64,000 bases of DNA, from NCBI GenBank assembly GCA_050916045.1, contig CP051526.1, positions 512,001-576,000 on the forward strand, read 5' to 3'. The stretch is from Tepidisphaera sp. GTDB taxonomy: Bacteria > Planctomycetota > Phycisphaerae > Phycisphaerales > UBA1924. Below are positions 62,480 to 64,000 of this stretch, piece by piece (the first letter of the stretch is position 1; each line of letters begins with the position of its first letter). Position numbers and translations under genes: made by a program. Under the pieces are notes generated by a model. That model had not been told where the DNA came from. It was given only the letters and a program-made list of their open reading frames with translations, and did not search any database.

Positions 62480-63910
62480 TCAGGACGAGCAGCCGAACTC
62501 GAAGGCTTCGACGAAGGCGTCGTAGTCGAAGAAGTCGACGAAGCCGTCCACGTTGAAGTCGACGGGGCAGGGGTTCGGGGTGGGGATCACGGGGACGCGT
62601 TCGAGGGCTCCCATGTCGATCGCGGGGACGGTGGCTTGCGAAGCGGGGTCGTCCATGATGCGGGTGTTGCCGTCAAGATCGTTGAGCGTGACGATGGCGG
62701 TCATCGGGCGTCGGGCGGCGGCGTTGCCGCGATCGACGCACGGTGAGTCGGCGGCGAGGCGGAAGTCGTCGCTGACGCCGTAGATGAAGTCGGCGCCTGG
62801 CGCGTTCACGAAGCGAGGGGGCATGTCGATGTTGCCGACGCCCGGGTATCCGCCCTCGATGTTGGAGTGGGTGACGCGGAACTGGGACTCGGGCCCGGCG
62901 CTGAGCTGGCCGTTGTTGTCGTAGATGATGCAGTTGTTGATGTTCACGATGGTCGGGAAGGGGGACTGGTCGGCGGTGGCTTCGATGCCCTTGAGGTTGC
63001 CGACGATGGTGCAGTTCTGGATCGTGGGGTTGACGCGGTTGCCGGTGTACGAACGGGCGTAGATGCCAAGGCCCGGGCGTATGCCGGTGATGAGGCAGTC
63101 CGAGATCGTGGCGGATCCGCCGATGAACACCCCGGCTTCCTCGGCTCCGGTGATGATGCAATCGCGGAGGACCGGGCTGTCGCGGAGGACGACAGTGCGC
63201 GTCACGGTGGTCTGCGGTCGGATGGTGAAGCCTTCGATGACGGTTTCCGGCCCCTGACCGCCGGCGAGCGTGAGGCCGTCCGTGGTGTTGGTGGTCACGA
63301 TCGTGGTGACGCGGGGTCCGCCCGAAGAGCGGAGCACGATGCGCTTGGTGCCGAAGTTGAGCGTGCCGACGTAGGTGCCAGGCGCGACGACGATGGTCTG
63401 GCCGTTGAGTGCGGCGTTGAGTGCGGACTGGATGGTCGGGTACTCGGCGGGGACGCGGATGTCGCCGTCGACCTCGACGATGGCGGGGAGGACCGCCCAA
63501 TCGCCCCGGTCGTTCCAGCGGCCGGTCGAAGGGATCATCGCGCCGAGGTCTTCGAGGCCGTTGCCGTTGTTGGGCTCGCCCGGGGACCAGTTGAACCAGA
63601 CCGCGGGCTCACCGCCGATCCAGTTGTAGAAGTTCTCGATGGCGATGTCGTTGATGCCGATGAAGCACTCGGCGGTGTTGTTGCCGAAAGCGGCGATGTT
63701 GGCCCGGACCCACTCGTTGGTCGTGCTCTCGTGAATCGTCGCCAGTGAGCCGCCGAGCGCCGCGGCGCGGGCGTTGGCGTCGGCCCAGGTGGTGGGAGCG
63801 AGGCGGTAGTAGCGTTTGCCGTTGGCGGGGTTGATGGTCGGGCCGACGACGACCTGAGCGTGAGCTGCGGCGGCGAGGGCGAGGGCGGTCAGGAGGGCGA
63901 ATCTGCGCAT
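62480..63910 (-). CDS. Secreted C-type lectin plus beta-helix protein with GC-type dockerin-like tag
   Basis: AAAGGA upstream; signal peptide ending AHA|Q; NWSPGEPNN, WND; tag [29 protein letters not shown]. Confidence 0.9.
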   Translation of the reverse strand: MRRFALLTALALAAAAHAQVVVGPTINPANGKRYYRLAPTTWADANARAAALGGSLATIHESTTNEWVRANIAAFGNNTAECFIGINDIAIENFYNWIGGEPAVWFNWSPGEPNNGNGLEDLGAMIPSTGRWNDRGDWAVLPAIVEVDGDIRVPAEYPTIQSALNAALNGQTIVVAPGTYVGTLNFGTKRIVLRSSGGPRVTTIVTTNTTDGLTLAGGQGPETVIEGFTIRPQTTVTRTVVLRDSPVLRDCIITGAEEAGVFIGGSATISDCLITGIRPGLGIYARSYTGNRVNPTIQNCTIVGNLKGIEATADQSPFPTIVNINNCIIYDNNGQLSAGPESQFRVTHSNIEGGYPGVGNIDMPPRFVNAPGADFIYGVSDDFRLAADSPCVDRGNAAARRPMTAIVTLNDLDGNTRIMDDPASQATVPAIDMGALERVPVIPTPNPCPVDFNVDGFVDFFDYDAFVEAFEFGCSS

Positions 63911-63958
63911 GGTGCGTCCTTTCAGGACTGTTTGGGGGGACGGACGAAATGGGAACGA

Positions 63959-64000
63959 TCAGCAGCCGAGCTCGTACGCTTGCACGAACTCGTCGTAATC
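63959..64000 (-). CDS. 3' end of a further GC-type dockerin-tagged gene (partial)
   Basis: Minus-strand translation DYDEFVQAYELGC* ending at TGA 63959-63961. Confidence 0.8.
   Translation of the reverse strand, partial: DYDEFVQAYELGC

Noticed and set aside
59417..63910. Diversity-generating retroelement acting on the lectin genes
   Set aside because: No reverse transcriptase or non-coding template repeat in the window; the similar segments are N-terminal coding domains and the differences do not appear confined to adenines.

Overview
High-GC bacterial chromosomal window, most likely Planctomycetota, class Phycisphaerae/Phycisphaerales. The call rests on the 16S sequence, the C-terminal 'GC-type' dockerin tags, a PAP-variant PEP-CTERM signal and an ECF/Ser-Thr kinase module. 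Housekeeping genes (rplU, clpS, purL, rnhA, trmB-queC-queE, htrA, comF, prkA, motAB, gspD-gspE, GT3 glycogen synthase, two OPT transporters, tRNA-Arg, a stand-alone 16S rRNA gene) are interleaved with many predicted surface proteins. These include eight genes ending in a near-identical Cys-bracketed EF-hand/dockerin-like tag (consensus CPADFNxDGFxDFFDYDxFVxAFExGC), two collagen fibre proteins sharing an N-terminal 'FTYQG' module, a small tag-carrying partner gene behind the larger fibre, and a tandem array of C-type lectin/beta-helix paralogues, one broken by a single in-frame TAA. The best candidates for an uncharacterised system are (i) the modular tag/fibre/adaptor surface-display apparatus and (ii) a divergent ECF sigma + two membrane kinases (TPR, CHASE2) + two paralogous FecR-like genes + PEP-CTERM protein signalling island. 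No CRISPR array, transposase, integrase or reverse transcriptase was seen. All calls come from motif recognition by eye, not database searches.
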